Assembly (NCBI GenBank): GCA_964500425.1
Contig: CAZCPD010000003.1
Coordinates: 1-38,201, forward strand
DNA length: 38,201 nt
Reading direction: 5' to 3'
Source of the DNA: an uncultured Rhodocyclaceae bacterium
Lineage (GTDB): Bacteria; Pseudomonadota; Gammaproteobacteria; Burkholderiales; Rhodocyclaceae
Positions 1 to 11,857 of this stretch are shown piece by piece. The notes beneath the pieces were generated by a model, which was not told the DNA's origin, did not search any database, and was given only the letters and a program-made list of their open reading frames with translations. Each line of letters begins with the position of its first letter. The first letter of the stretch is position 1. A program made the translations under genes and the position numbers.

Positions 1-1
1 C

Positions 2-736
2 GGCCAGGACATGAGCTATGTCGCGCTGCTCGCGCCGCTCGACGGCTTCGTCGCCTCGGTGCGCGAATTCATCGCCGCTGGGGGACGCGGCATGAATGTC
101 ACCGTGCCCTTCAAGGAAGAAGCCTTCCGCCTCGCCACGCGTCTCACGCCGCGCGCCGCTGCGGCCGGCGCGGTGAACACCCTGAGCTTCGCGGATAACG
201 AAATCCTCGGCGATAACACCGACGGCGCCGGCATTGTCCGCGACATCGCCGTCAACCTCGGTCAGCCCATCGCCGGCCGCCGCGTCCTGCTGCTTGGCGC
301 CGGCGGCGCGGCGCGCGGCACGTTACTTCCGCTGCAACAGGAAGGCCCGGTAAGCCTCGTCGTCGCCAACCGCACGGCGGAGAAGGCGCGCGCACTGACC
401 AGCGAGCTCGCGGCGCACGGCGCGACGGCTCAGGCCTGCGGCTTCGACGAACTCGCCGGAGCCGCATTCGACATTGTCATCAACGCCACCTCGGCCGGCC
501 TCGCCGATGCCGCGCTGGCGATTCCCGACACCGTGTTCGCGCCGGGTTGCCTCGCCTACGAGATGGTCTACGGCCGCGAGACGCCCTTCATGGCCCAGGC
601 GCGTCTCGCCGCTACCGGTGTGCGCGTTGCCGACGGCCTCGGCATGCTCGTCGAGCAGGCCGCCGAAGCCTTCCTCATCTGGCGCGGCGCGCGCCCGGAC
701 ACCGCGCCCTTGCTCGCGGAGCTGCGCCGCGCATGA
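2..736 (+). CDS. aroE: Shikimate dehydrogenase (5' truncated by window edge)
   Basis: Motifs NVTVPFK, GAVNT, GDNTDG, GAGGAA, NRT, INATS, GLGMLVEQAA; frame is open back to the window start. Confidence 0.95.
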   Translation, partial: GQDMSYVALLAPLDGFVASVREFIAAGGRGMNVTVPFKEEAFRLATRLTPRAAAAGAVNTLSFADNEILGDNTDGAGIVRDIAVNLGQPIAGRRVLLLGAGGAARGTLLPLQQEGPVSLVVANRTAEKARALTSELAAHGATAQACGFDELAGAAFDIVINATSAGLADAALAIPDTVFAPGCLAYEMVYGRETPFMAQARLAATGVRVADGLGMLVEQAAEAFLIWRGARPDTAPLLAELRRA

Positions 737-1440
737 AGGCGTTTTTCGGCCACGCCGACAAATGGACGAGGCGCATCCTGCTCGCGCTGGTGCTGTTCGT
801 CCTGCTGTCCCAGGCCTGGTATCTCGGCTGGGTGATCGTCTGGAAATACGCTGATCCCGACATGACCAGCTTCATGGACATCCGCCTCGAACAAGCGCGC
901 GAGAAGAATTCCAAGGCCGAACTCAGGCACCGCTGGCAGCCCTACGAGAAGATATCGAAGAACCTCAAGCGCGCCGTGATCGCCGCCGAGGACGACAAGT
1001 TCATCGACCACGAAGGCTTCGACTGGGAGGGCATGCAAAAGGCGCTGGAGAAGAACCAGAAGAAGGGCAAGGTCGTCGCTGGCGGCTCGACCATCTCGCA
1101 ACAGCTCGCCAAGAACCTGTTCCTCTCGCCATCAAAGACACCGCTGCGCAAGATACAGGAAGCCGTCATCACGCTGATGCTCGAAACCATCTGGGACAAG
1201 CCTCGCATCCTCGAGGTGTATCTGAACTCGGTCGAGTGGGGCGAATGCGTCTTCGGCGCCGAGGCCGCCGCCCGCCGCTACTACAACGTCTCCGCCGGCC
1301 AACTCTCCGCCGAACAGGCCGCACGTCTGGCGGTGATGCTGCCGGCGCCAAGGCGCTACGAGAAGAATCCGTATTCGGATTTCGTCAATCGGCGCACGCA
1401 GATCATCCTCGGGAGGATGGGGAGTGCGGAGGTGCCGTAG
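733..1440 (+). CDS. mtgA: Monofunctional biosynthetic peptidoglycan transglycosylase
   Basis: GT51 motifs AEDDKF-H-GFD, GGSTISQQLAKNLFL, RKIQE, ILEVYLN; ATGA overlap with aroE stop. Confidence 0.93.
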   Translation: MKAFFGHADKWTRRILLALVLFVLLSQAWYLGWVIVWKYADPDMTSFMDIRLEQAREKNSKAELRHRWQPYEKISKNLKRAVIAAEDDKFIDHEGFDWEGMQKALEKNQKKGKVVAGGSTISQQLAKNLFLSPSKTPLRKIQEAVITLMLETIWDKPRILEVYLNSVEWGECVFGAEAAARRYYNVSAGQLSAEQAARLAVMLPAPRRYEKNPYSDFVNRRTQIILGRMGSAEVP

Positions 1441-1553
1441 GGCGGAACTGAGCTGATCACATAACGTCGGTCAGTTTCGGTTTTTTCGCCGATCACCCGG
1501 ACGGATGCGATGCAGGCTACCGAAGCCAGCCTCTCCCAGCGATCTAAGAGTAG

Positions 1554-3723
<2,170 letters not shown>

Positions 3724-3725
3724 TT

Positions 3726-3765
3726 AAAAACGCAAAAGCCCTATCGCAGGGATAGGGCTTTTGCG
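3726..3765 (-). terminator. Intrinsic terminator between rpmA and obgE
   Basis: Perfect 15-bp inverted repeat CGCAAAAGCCCTATC/GATAGGGCTTTTGCG with 5-nt loop; A5 at 3726-3730 gives a U-tail on the minus strand. Confidence 0.85.
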
Positions 3766-3782
3766 CAGAGCAACTGGTGAAT

Positions 3783-4043
3783 TTATGCAGCGGGAACAAT
3801 GCTCACGGTCTTGCGCTTTGCTGCGCCCTTTACCGTGAAATTCACTGCGCCTTCAATCTTGGCAAAGAGCGTGTGATCCTTGCCGATGCCGACGTTATCA
3901 CCGGCATGAAATTGCGTGCCGCGCTGACGTACGATGATGCTGCCAGCCGAGACGACTTGACCACCATAGCGCTTCACGCCAAGACGTTTCGATTCTGAAT
4001 CGCGACCGTTGCGGGAACTGCCGCCTGCTTTTTTGTGTGCCAT
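3783..4043 (-). CDS. rpmA: 50S ribosomal protein L27
   Basis: [24 protein letters not shown] signature. Confidence 0.99.
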   Translation of the reverse strand: MAHKKAGGSSRNGRDSESKRLGVKRYGGQVVSAGSIIVRQRGTQFHAGDNVGIGKDHTLFAKIEGAVNFTVKGAAKRKTVSIVPAA

Positions 4044-4061
4044 GACTGGGCTCCTTCGAAG

Positions 4062-4373
4062 TTAGCCAGCGATGCCGCTGATCTGGATCTCTGTATAGTT
4101 CTGGCGATGCCCCTGGTGTTTCTGGTAGTGCTTGCGTCGGCGCATCTTGAAAATTTTGACTTTCGGGCCGCGACCGTGCGCAATCACTTTTGCCGTGACC
4201 TTGGCGCCAGCGATCATGGGGGTACCGATTTTTACCGATTCTCCTTCGCCGACCATCAGAACCTGGTCGAGAGTAATTTCAGTGCCTACATCAGCCGGTA
4301 TCTGTTCTATTTTGATTTTTTCGCCGGCAGCGACGCGATATTGCTTGCCGCCGGTTTTTATGACCGCGTACAT
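4062..4373 (-). CDS. rplU: 50S ribosomal protein L21
   Basis: [14 protein letters not shown] ... GHRQNYT. Confidence 0.99.
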   Translation of the reverse strand: MYAVIKTGGKQYRVAAGEKIKIEQIPADVGTEITLDQVLMVGEGESVKIGTPMIAGAKVTAKVIAHGRGPKVKIFKMRRRKHYQKHQGHRQNYTEIQISGIAG

Positions 4374-4414
4374 GTTGGACTCCATGTTTAAAAATTTACT
4401 GCAAAGGACCGAGG

Positions 4415-4443
4415 ATTTTACATGGATATTGGCTTGCCGTCAA
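4415..4443 (-). promoter_or_regulatory. Sigma70 promoter of rplU-rpmA
   Basis: Minus strand TTGACG-N17-TAAAAT. Confidence 0.8.
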
Positions 4444-4470
4444 AGAAATTTTCAAATAACAATGAATGGC

Positions 4471-4499
4471 TTGACGCATCGTCAGGTGCCGCATAACAT
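4471..4499 (+). promoter_or_regulatory. Sigma70 promoter of ispB (divergent)
   Basis: TTGACG-N17-TAACAT. Confidence 0.7.
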
Positions 4500-4525
4500 C
4501 GTGTTTTTTAAAATCTTCACCCTCT

Positions 4526-5506
4526 GTGTTTTCCAAATCTACACTTGTCACCCTGAATGCGTTGATCGAGGCTGACATGGGCGCCGTTGATGGTGTGATC
4601 AGGGCGCGCCTACACTCCGATGTCGTGCTGGTGCGCCAAGTGGCCGAATACATCATTGCCGGTGGTGGCAAGAGGATGCGGCCGGCTCTGGTGTTGCTGA
4701 CGGCCGGAGCTCTCGACTATCGCGGCCCTCATCATCATGAGCTTGCGGCTGTGATCGAGTTCATTCATACAGCCACCCTGCTTCATGACGATGTTGTCGA
4801 CGAATCCGAATTGAGACGCGGCCGCGATACGGCGAATGCCCTGTTTGGCAATGCCGCCAGTGTCCTTGTTGGCGACTTTCTGTATTCGCGGGCGTTTCAA
4901 ATGATGCTTGCGGTAAATGACATGAGGGTGATGCAAGTGCTGGCCGATGCCACCAACGTGATTGCAGAAGGCGAGGTTCTTCAGTTGATGAACTGCCGCA
5001 ACGTCGATATTCAAGTGGATGACTACTTGCAAGTGATTCGCTTCAAGACCGCCAAGCTTTTCGAGGCCGCCGCGCGCCTCGGTGCCATGCTTGGCGGCGC
5101 TGCGGCAGAGGTGGAGCTCAGTCTGGCAAGTTATGGCATGCACTTGGGCACTGCGTTCCAATTGATCGACGATGTGCTCGATTATTCCGGAGAAGAGGCG
5201 GCAACCGGAAAACATCTGGGGGACGATCTCGCCGAGGGCAAGCCCACCCTTCCTCTCATTCATGTCATGCAGCATGGCAATGCGACCCAGGCGGCCTGCG
5301 TGCGTGACGCTCTTGAAAAGGGTGGGCGTGATGATTTTGCAGGTGTGCTGGCCGCAATTCGCGAAACCGACGCGTTGTCGGTGACGCGCCGGTTGGCAGG
5401 GCAGGAGATTGATAAGGCGGTTTCTTCCTTGAAGGTGCTAAAGGCTTCACCTTATCAGGAATCTCTGTTAGAATTAGCATTCTTTGCAGTTTCGAGAGAT
5501 CACTGA
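4526..5506 (+). CDS. ispB: Octaprenyl/polyprenyl diphosphate synthase
   Basis: GGKRMRP, LHDDVVD..RRG, FQLIDDVLD, GDDLAEGKPT; divergent from rplU; exact start uncertain. Confidence 0.93.
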   Translation: MFSKSTLVTLNALIEADMGAVDGVIRARLHSDVVLVRQVAEYIIAGGGKRMRPALVLLTAGALDYRGPHHHELAAVIEFIHTATLLHDDVVDESELRRGRDTANALFGNAASVLVGDFLYSRAFQMMLAVNDMRVMQVLADATNVIAEGEVLQLMNCRNVDIQVDDYLQVIRFKTAKLFEAAARLGAMLGGAAAEVELSLASYGMHLGTAFQLIDDVLDYSGEEAATGKHLGDDLAEGKPTLPLIHVMQHGNATQAACVRDALEKGGRDDFAGVLAAIRETDALSVTRRLAGQEIDKAVSSLKVLKASPYQESLLELAFFAVSRDH

Positions 5507-5572
5507 GCCCGTTCAGTTGGTCATGCCGGCTTTCCTGTCCGGGGCTGCATGTGTTTGGTTGGCATAGGTTTT

Positions 5573-5649
<77 letters not shown>

Positions 5650-6250
5650 AAAACCTAAGAATTCGCACGATTTCTTCATGTGCTGATCGATATTCCGAGC
5701 GCATTTACACGCCGGCTTCGTTGCGGGCGTAATATTTGATTGCGTGTGGCTTCGAGGCTGCATTATCTTCGCGCAATACACGGTGCGCACAGTGCGCCCA
5801 TTCTGGCCCCCTTTTGTCGGCAGGGCCCATAGCATTCCCTTTCCCTTTTTGCCTCGCTTCAATTGCCTGTGTAGCGCTGATAAGTAGGCGTCGTCCGGGT
5901 GAGGTCAGCCGAAACTTTTGGTTTTTCAAGCATGCATTTCGAAAGGCTTAATGCGAAAGGACTTCATCGGTGCTTCCCCTGCGGGTCCCTGGCGGCGGTG
6001 TTCGGAATTGCCGAATGCTATGGCTGTCCCCGAACTCGAGGTGTGTTCCCGGGAGTCTATGTGCGAACCATAACTTGTCAAACGGCGTGGTAATAAAGCA
6101 ACAAGCGTTGGCGTGATGCTCTCATTAGTTGGGCGTATCGCCATTGCTTTACGAGGGGCCTATTGATATAGTTAAATCCCGGAGATGCGGTTAATGATAT
6201 TCGCATTTTTCTTGTGCGTGTCGAACGGCTCAAAAAAGAGGGACTGTCTC

Positions 6251-7612
6251 ATGAAGAATAGAACGCTCACGCTGGCTTTGGCTTCTGTCGGACTGGTGCT
6301 GACGGGAGGTGCATGGGCTGAGGCAGGTGTTAGTTTCAGTGGCTTTGGGACGTTGGGCGTGACGCACAGCGATAACCGGCTGGCTGATTTCTCCAGCAGC
6401 ATTCTTCAGCCGAACGGCGCTGGCATGAGCAAGGCGACGAGCTTCGGGCTTGATACCAAGGCCGGCGTTCAGGCCGCAGCGCCGATAGGGAAGGATTTGA
6501 CTGCGACTGTTCAAGTGGTTGCGGATCATCGTGGTGATAACACGTATGCGCCCAGGTTCGAATGGGCAAACCTGAAGTATCAGGCAACCCAGAATACGTA
6601 TGTGCGGGTCGGTCGTGTGGTTGCCCCTGTTTTTATGGTTTCTGAATACCGCAACGTCGGGTATGCTCAAACGGCGGTCCGCATGCCGTTCGATGTCTAT
6701 GGACTTAACCCGATAACTCACATTGACGGCGGTGAACTGGGTACCCGGTTTGAGCTGGTGGGCGGCACACTGAGTTTGCAATTGTCAGCTGGCCGGCAAA
6801 AGGAAAGTAAGCCGATGCCGGACCCAGGTGGTAGCGCCCTCATTCAACCCAAAGGATCGGCAAAAAGTGGCAATCTGACTTACGAACATGGTTCCTCGAT
6901 ATTCCGGCTTGGTTTGACGAAGAGCAAGGTCGATGCGCAGAGCGAGTATCTCGATCAGGTCGATTCGATGTTCGAGCCAGTCGCTCAGCTTGGCGGGATG
7001 AGCGTCGGGGCTCTCCTCGGTCATCCGCAAAACACCATCGAAAGTCGCCACAGCATTGAAGTGAAGTTGTTCGATATCGGCTATGCCTATGACTCCGGCA
7101 ACTGGTTGGGTCAGGCCGAGTGGGTCAGTTCCAAGGGTGGTGGCAACATGTTCCTGGGTACGGAAGCTTGGTATGCGCTTGCTGGATACAGGTGGGGCAA
7201 GTTCACTCCGTATGCGTCTTATAGCGAATTGAGATCGTGGCCACCTCGTGGGGTCACGGGTCAGCCCAAAGCCGCTGTGCCAGCATGGGCAGCGGGGACC
7301 CCTTTCGAGTCGCAACTCGCTCAGGCAGCGTTTGGCATCAATTCCACCGATGCATCAATGGGTATGGCCCAGCAGCAGCACACGATATCGCTCGGCGTTC
7401 GCTACGACTTCTACAAGAACCTGGCATTGAAAGCCCAATTCGATCAAATCAAGAAACTTGGCAGTACTGGGGCGCCTAACAAGGGCTTGTTTACGATACC
7501 TGCGATCATCATGCCTGCGACGCCTAACGCTAGCAGCAATTTGTACCCGGAGTTCGCCGTTACTGACAACACAGTCAACCTGATCACGCTAACGATCGAC
7601 TTCGTGTTCTGA
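6251..7612 (+). CDS. Putative outer-membrane beta-barrel (porin-like) protein
   Basis: Signal peptide (AWA), SGFGTLG start, amphipathic strands, LGVRYDF..NLALKAQFD, C-terminal Phe (TIDFVF); RBS-like GAGGGA. Confidence 0.75.
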   Translation: MKNRTLTLALASVGLVLTGGAWAEAGVSFSGFGTLGVTHSDNRLADFSSSILQPNGAGMSKATSFGLDTKAGVQAAAPIGKDLTATVQVVADHRGDNTYAPRFEWANLKYQATQNTYVRVGRVVAPVFMVSEYRNVGYAQTAVRMPFDVYGLNPITHIDGGELGTRFELVGGTLSLQLSAGRQKESKPMPDPGGSALIQPKGSAKSGNLTYEHGSSIFRLGLTKSKVDAQSEYLDQVDSMFEPVAQLGGMSVGALLGHPQNTIESRHSIEVKLFDIGYAYDSGNWLGQAEWVSSKGGGNMFLGTEAWYALAGYRWGKFTPYASYSELRSWPPRGVTGQPKAAVPAWAAGTPFESQLAQAAFGINSTDASMGMAQQQHTISLGVRYDFYKNLALKAQFDQIKKLGSTGAPNKGLFTIPAIIMPATPNASSNLYPEFAVTDNTVNLITLTIDFVF

Positions 7613-7630
7613 TTTCAAGAGGGGCTTATC

Positions 7631-8035
7631 ATGAAGATTCTCAAGAATTCGATTTGTGCGGGTATCCTTTTGGCATCTTCTTTGCCCGTTTTCGCTCAAT
7701 CTGTCGCCGTCATCGTCAATCCGAAGAACACGAGTCCGATGACGTCCGAGCAGGTGGCCAACATTTTTCTCGGCAAGTCGAATGAACTCGTCGGCGTCGA
7801 TATGCCTGACGGCAACCCTGTTCGCGATGCCTTTTATCAAAAGGTGACTGGCAAGGATGGCGCACAGCTCAAGGCGTATTGGGCAAAGCTCGTGTTTACC
7901 GGCAAAGCGCAGCCACTGAAAGAGTTTTCGTCGGATGCTGATGTGAAGAAATTCGTTGCCGCCAACCCGACGGGTATCGGATATATCGACAAGGGTGCGG
8001 TGGATGGTTCGGTCAAGGTGGTGCTGACGCCATAA
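7631..8035 (+). CDS. Small periplasmic binding-protein-like protein (PstS/PBP-like single lobe)
   Basis: Signal peptide (VFA), AVIVNPKN, IFLGK, YWAKLVFTGK, VAANPTGIGYI; only 134 aa. Confidence 0.75.
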   Translation: MKILKNSICAGILLASSLPVFAQSVAVIVNPKNTSPMTSEQVANIFLGKSNELVGVDMPDGNPVRDAFYQKVTGKDGAQLKAYWAKLVFTGKAQPLKEFSSDADVKKFVAANPTGIGYIDKGAVDGSVKVVLTP

Positions 8036-8205
8036 GTTGATGGTGTGAGGGATGACCGCTCTCATCGGGCTGATGTGGGGCGATCGATATTTACCGGAAT
8101 ATCTGTCGAACTGAAGCGGTGAGTTGTCACCTGCAGATGGCCTGCGGATTTATCGGTTCGGAAGCGCAATCGTGCTTTGACGTGCAATGCCTGGAGGTCT
8201 GAACT

Positions 8206-9804
8206 ATGTCGATTGGCAAACGCCTTGCGATACTTGTGGTTGTAACCTTGCTCGGTCTGGTTGGGTCGGGTTTGTATGGCGTTCAGCAACTTAAGGGCTT
8301 GCAAAGCCACTTTGAGGAGGTCAATGAACGCTCGGTTCCTTCACTGATGGCAATGGGCCGTGTTAGCGACCAGTTCAAGGAAGCTCGTGCGTTGTTGCTC
8401 GCCCTGTTGATGGAGGAAGATGCCGATCTGCGCAAGGCATTTGCTCAGAAAGTCACCGATACGCAAGCTTCGCTCAAGAGCGCGTCTGCTGCTTACAGTC
8501 AGGTGCCCGGTTCAGAAGAATCCGCAAAAGAGTTGGCACCGATAGCAGAAGGCTACAGCAAGGCGGTCGATGAGGTGGTAGCTGTCGCTGACAAGAAAGA
8601 TCTAGCGCAACTTGCCTTATATACGAAAGTTGTGCCGGCCGAAAAGGCTTTCTCCGCATTTCTCGACAAATCCCAGGCTCAGTTGATGGAGAATCAGAAG
8701 AACCTGCGCGAACAAGTGGCGAACAGCAGCGGACGTTCCATTACCGTATATGGAGTGGTCATTGCAATTGCCGCTGTAGTGGTCGCTATCATGGGTGTCA
8801 TGCTACATCGTTCCGTGATGGGTTCGCTCAACGAGATGACGGCGACAATGAAGAATGTCAGTACCAACCTGGATTTCCGCCAGCGCGTCAAGGTGAAGTC
8901 GCAGGATGAGGTTGGCGTCGCTGTCATTGCGTTCAACAGTCTGCTCGATACCGTGCAGGCCAGCTTGCGGGAGATCGCAGGATCGATGGCGACGTTGCGC
9001 GATGCGACAAGCCGCTTGACGCGAACTACGCAGGAGATTCAGAGTATTTCAGAAAAGACCAGTGAATCGTCGTCGACAGTGTCGTCGACGGTTCAAGAAG
9101 TGACGGTCAGTATCAACCACGTTGCTACGCAAACCGAGCAAGCAGAAACGCTTGCGCGCGAGTCTGGCCATCAGGCTTCTGCGGGCGGCGAGGTGATTCA
9201 GAACACCATCGAACAGATCCGTTCGATCGCCGGAACGGTTCATTCGGCGGCCGAGGGCATCAATGAGCTGCGCAGTCAGATCACCAGTATTTCCTCGGTA
9301 GTGAATGTGATCCGTGAGGTTGCCGACCAAACCAATCTTTTGGCGCTGAATGCCGCAATCGAGGCTGCGCGGGCTGGCGAACAGGGGCGCGGTTTTGCAG
9401 TGGTAGCGGATGAAGTGCGCAAGCTTGCCGAGCGCACAGCGACGTCGACGCAGGAAATTTCCAAGTTGATCCAGTCGATCCAGCAAAGCGCGACCGCTGC
9501 CGTTGGCACGATGCAGGTCGTCGTCGAGAAAGTCGAGGATGGCGTTGGCAGTGCCAGCACCGCAATCGATGCGCTGGCCGGTATTCGCACCAGTTCCGAC
9601 AAGGTGGTGTTCACTGTTTCGGAGATTGCTGCGGCGATTCGCGAGCAGAGTTCGGCCACATCATATATTTCCGAGCAGTTCCAGCGTATCGCCAACATTT
9701 CCGAAGAAGCGAGAAGGACGGTTTCCGATACTTCGCAAAGCACACAGGAACTGGAACAGTTGGCTATCCGTGTGAACGACGCTGTCAAACGCTACCAGAT
9801 CTGA
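8206..9804 (+). CDS. Methyl-accepting chemotaxis protein (TM-4HB sensor-TM-HAMP-MA)
   Basis: [38 protein letters not shown] hairpin tip, two TM helices, DEVG HAMP. Confidence 0.95.
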   Translation: MSIGKRLAILVVVTLLGLVGSGLYGVQQLKGLQSHFEEVNERSVPSLMAMGRVSDQFKEARALLLALLMEEDADLRKAFAQKVTDTQASLKSASAAYSQVPGSEESAKELAPIAEGYSKAVDEVVAVADKKDLAQLALYTKVVPAEKAFSAFLDKSQAQLMENQKNLREQVANSSGRSITVYGVVIAIAAVVVAIMGVMLHRSVMGSLNEMTATMKNVSTNLDFRQRVKVKSQDEVGVAVIAFNSLLDTVQASLREIAGSMATLRDATSRLTRTTQEIQSISEKTSESSSTVSSTVQEVTVSINHVATQTEQAETLARESGHQASAGGEVIQNTIEQIRSIAGTVHSAAEGINELRSQITSISSVVNVIREVADQTNLLALNAAIEAARAGEQGRGFAVVADEVRKLAERTATSTQEISKLIQSIQQSATAAVGTMQVVVEKVEDGVGSASTAIDALAGIRTSSDKVVFTVSEIAAAIREQSSATSYISEQFQRIANISEEARRTVSDTSQSTQELEQLAIRVNDAVKRYQI

Positions 9805-9960
9805 ACCGCCCCCCCCGGGGAGCATGCTGTTGTTCGCAACAGTAACGGCGAGAGTCATGCTCCGTTGTCACCCGATCCGGGTAGAATTTAGCCTTTATGA
9901 CCAAGAACATTTCGGCACACTTATCCATGCAAACTCATGCACTGACGGCGATTGGCAATC

Positions 9961-11142
9961 ATGACAAGTTCAAATAAATCCTCCATTCTAGGTCGCCTGC
10001 TGTTTGCACTTCTCGTTGTTGCAGCGATTGCGGGAAGCTGGTGGTGGCTGTCCCAACCGAAGCCGGTTTCCGTCGTGTTCAAGGAGGCAGAGGTTGGCAA
10101 GGTCGAGTCGTCGATTGCCAACACGCGTGCAGGAACGGTGGAGTCGTGTCAGCGCACCAAGTTGTCCACCCTGCTGGGAGGGCGCATCGAGAAGTTGCCC
10201 GTCAAGGAAGGCGATCAGGTCAAGAAGGGCCAGTTACTGATGAAACTGTGGAATGACGACCAACTGGCGCAAAATGCCTTGGCGCGTTCCCAGGTCGATA
10301 CGGCACGGCAAAGCATTGCCGAGGTTTGCACCCTGGCCGCCAGCGCCGAGCGCGAGGCACAGCGCCTTGATTTGATGCGCGCTCAAAACTATGTTTCCGC
10401 CTCACGCATCGATACCGCCCATGCGGAAGCCGATGCCAAGCGTGCTGCTTGTGATTCGGCCAAGGCCCGCGTCGCGCAAGCCATGGCGCAGGTTCACGTG
10501 ACGACCGTCGAGCAGGGGCGGATGTCATTGTATGCGCCGTTCGATGGCACCGTCGCCAAAATCACCGGCGAGGTGGGCGAATACTCGACCCCCTCTCCTC
10601 CTGGCATCGCGACGCCGCCGGCGATTGATCTGATCGACGAGTCCTGCCTGTACATCAAGGCACCCATGGATGAGGTCGATTCGCCCAAGATCCATGAAGG
10701 GCAACCGGTGCGCATCACGCTGGACGCTCTTCCGAAGAAGTCCTTCCCTGGCCGCATCAAGCGCGTTGCGCCATATGTGCTGGCCATCGAGAAACAATCC
10801 CGGACAGTGGATATCGAGGCGGTATTCGACAACCCAGAAGAGGTTGGACGCTTGCTGGTGGGTTACACGGCGAACGTGGAGATCATCCTCTCGGTGCATG
10901 AAAAGGCCGTGCGGGTTCCCACTTCGGCGTTGCTCGAAGGCGGGCGTGTGCTGGTGGCGGGCGTGGATGGCCGACTGGAGGAGCGTAACATCAAGGCAGG
11001 GTTGTCAAACTGGGAATTCACCGAGGTTCTCGAAGGCCTGACGGCTGGTGATCGAGTCGTGACCTCGCTTGAACGAGAGGGTGTGAAAGCCGGCGCTTAC
11101 TTTGTCGCCGAAGAAACGACTGCCGCTCCCGCAGTGAAGTGA
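9961..11142 (+). CDS. MacA-like periplasmic adaptor (membrane fusion protein)
   Basis: N-terminal TM anchor, VKEGDQVKKGQLL and APFDGTV lipoyl halves, EVLEGLTAGDRVV. Confidence 0.9.
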   Translation: MTSSNKSSILGRLLFALLVVAAIAGSWWWLSQPKPVSVVFKEAEVGKVESSIANTRAGTVESCQRTKLSTLLGGRIEKLPVKEGDQVKKGQLLMKLWNDDQLAQNALARSQVDTARQSIAEVCTLAASAEREAQRLDLMRAQNYVSASRIDTAHAEADAKRAACDSAKARVAQAMAQVHVTTVEQGRMSLYAPFDGTVAKITGEVGEYSTPSPPGIATPPAIDLIDESCLYIKAPMDEVDSPKIHEGQPVRITLDALPKKSFPGRIKRVAPYVLAIEKQSRTVDIEAVFDNPEEVGRLLVGYTANVEIILSVHEKAVRVPTSALLEGGRVLVAGVDGRLEERNIKAGLSNWEFTEVLEGLTAGDRVVTSLEREGVKAGAYFVAEETTAAPAVK

Positions 11143-11149
11143 TCGCGCG

Positions 11150-11854
11150 ATGATGTCACCCCTGATCGAGCTGAGCGGCATCGAGCGAATCTTCTATCTC
11201 GGCGATAGCAAGGTCAACGCGCTTCACGAACTGAATGTGACAATATGTTCCGGCGAATATGTCGCCGTGATGGGGCCGTCCGGTTCCGGTAAGTCGACGC
11301 TGCTCAATCTGCTTGGCTTGCTCGACCGTCCTGATGCAGGCCTTTATCGTCTCGAAGGTCGCGACGTGACCACGCTGTCGGCCGATGAGCAGGCGCGGGT
11401 ACGCAGCGAACGGATCGGTTTTGTATTTCAGAGCTTCCATCTGGTGCCGCGCCTGACTGCCGCCGAAAACATCGCCTTGCCGATGACCCTGGCCGGTATC
11501 GCACCCAAGGAGCGGGCGATACGAGTCAACCAGGCCCTCAAGGACTACGGTCTCGAAAATCGCGCCAATCATCGCCCCAATGAGTTGTCGGGTGGTCAAC
11601 GCCAGCGGGTCGCCATCGCACGCGCCCTGGTCATGAAGCCGGCGGTGATTCTTGCCGATGAACCCACCGGCAATCTCGATCGCGCCACTGGTGAGGAAGT
11701 GATGCGCCTGCTGGAAGCGCTCAACAGCCTCGGCGTGACCCTGATCGTCGTGACGCACGATGTGCATCTTGGCAATCGCGCCCACCGCCAGTTGCGCATG
11801 GAAGATGGACGGTTGAAGCACGATAGTGCGTCCTCCCCGGCCCTGTCTGACTGA
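11150..11854 (+). CDS. MacB/LolD-family ABC ATP-binding protein
   Basis: GPSGSGKST, LSGGQRQRVAIARAL, ILADEPTGNLD, VTHD. Confidence 0.95.
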   Translation: MMSPLIELSGIERIFYLGDSKVNALHELNVTICSGEYVAVMGPSGSGKSTLLNLLGLLDRPDAGLYRLEGRDVTTLSADEQARVRSERIGFVFQSFHLVPRLTAAENIALPMTLAGIAPKERAIRVNQALKDYGLENRANHRPNELSGGQRQRVAIARALVMKPAVILADEPTGNLDRATGEEVMRLLEALNSLGVTLIVVTHDVHLGNRAHRQLRMEDGRLKHDSASSPALSD

Positions 11855-11857
11855 CCC

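Noticed and set aside
5925-6020. GAAA-containing hairpins ending in TTGCCGAA, reminiscent of a c-di-GMP-I riboswitch
   Set aside because: No matching 5' GGCAAA/GGTAAA P1 strand or tetraloop-receptor arrangement found
8147-8180. Sigma28-like CCGATAA near the MCP gene
   Set aside because: Wrong strand and wrong spacing to a TAAA element
9868-9875. TCACCCGA as a possible attR copy of the tRNA-Pro 3' end
   Set aside because: Too short and imperfect versus TCACCCCGACCA; no integrase nearby
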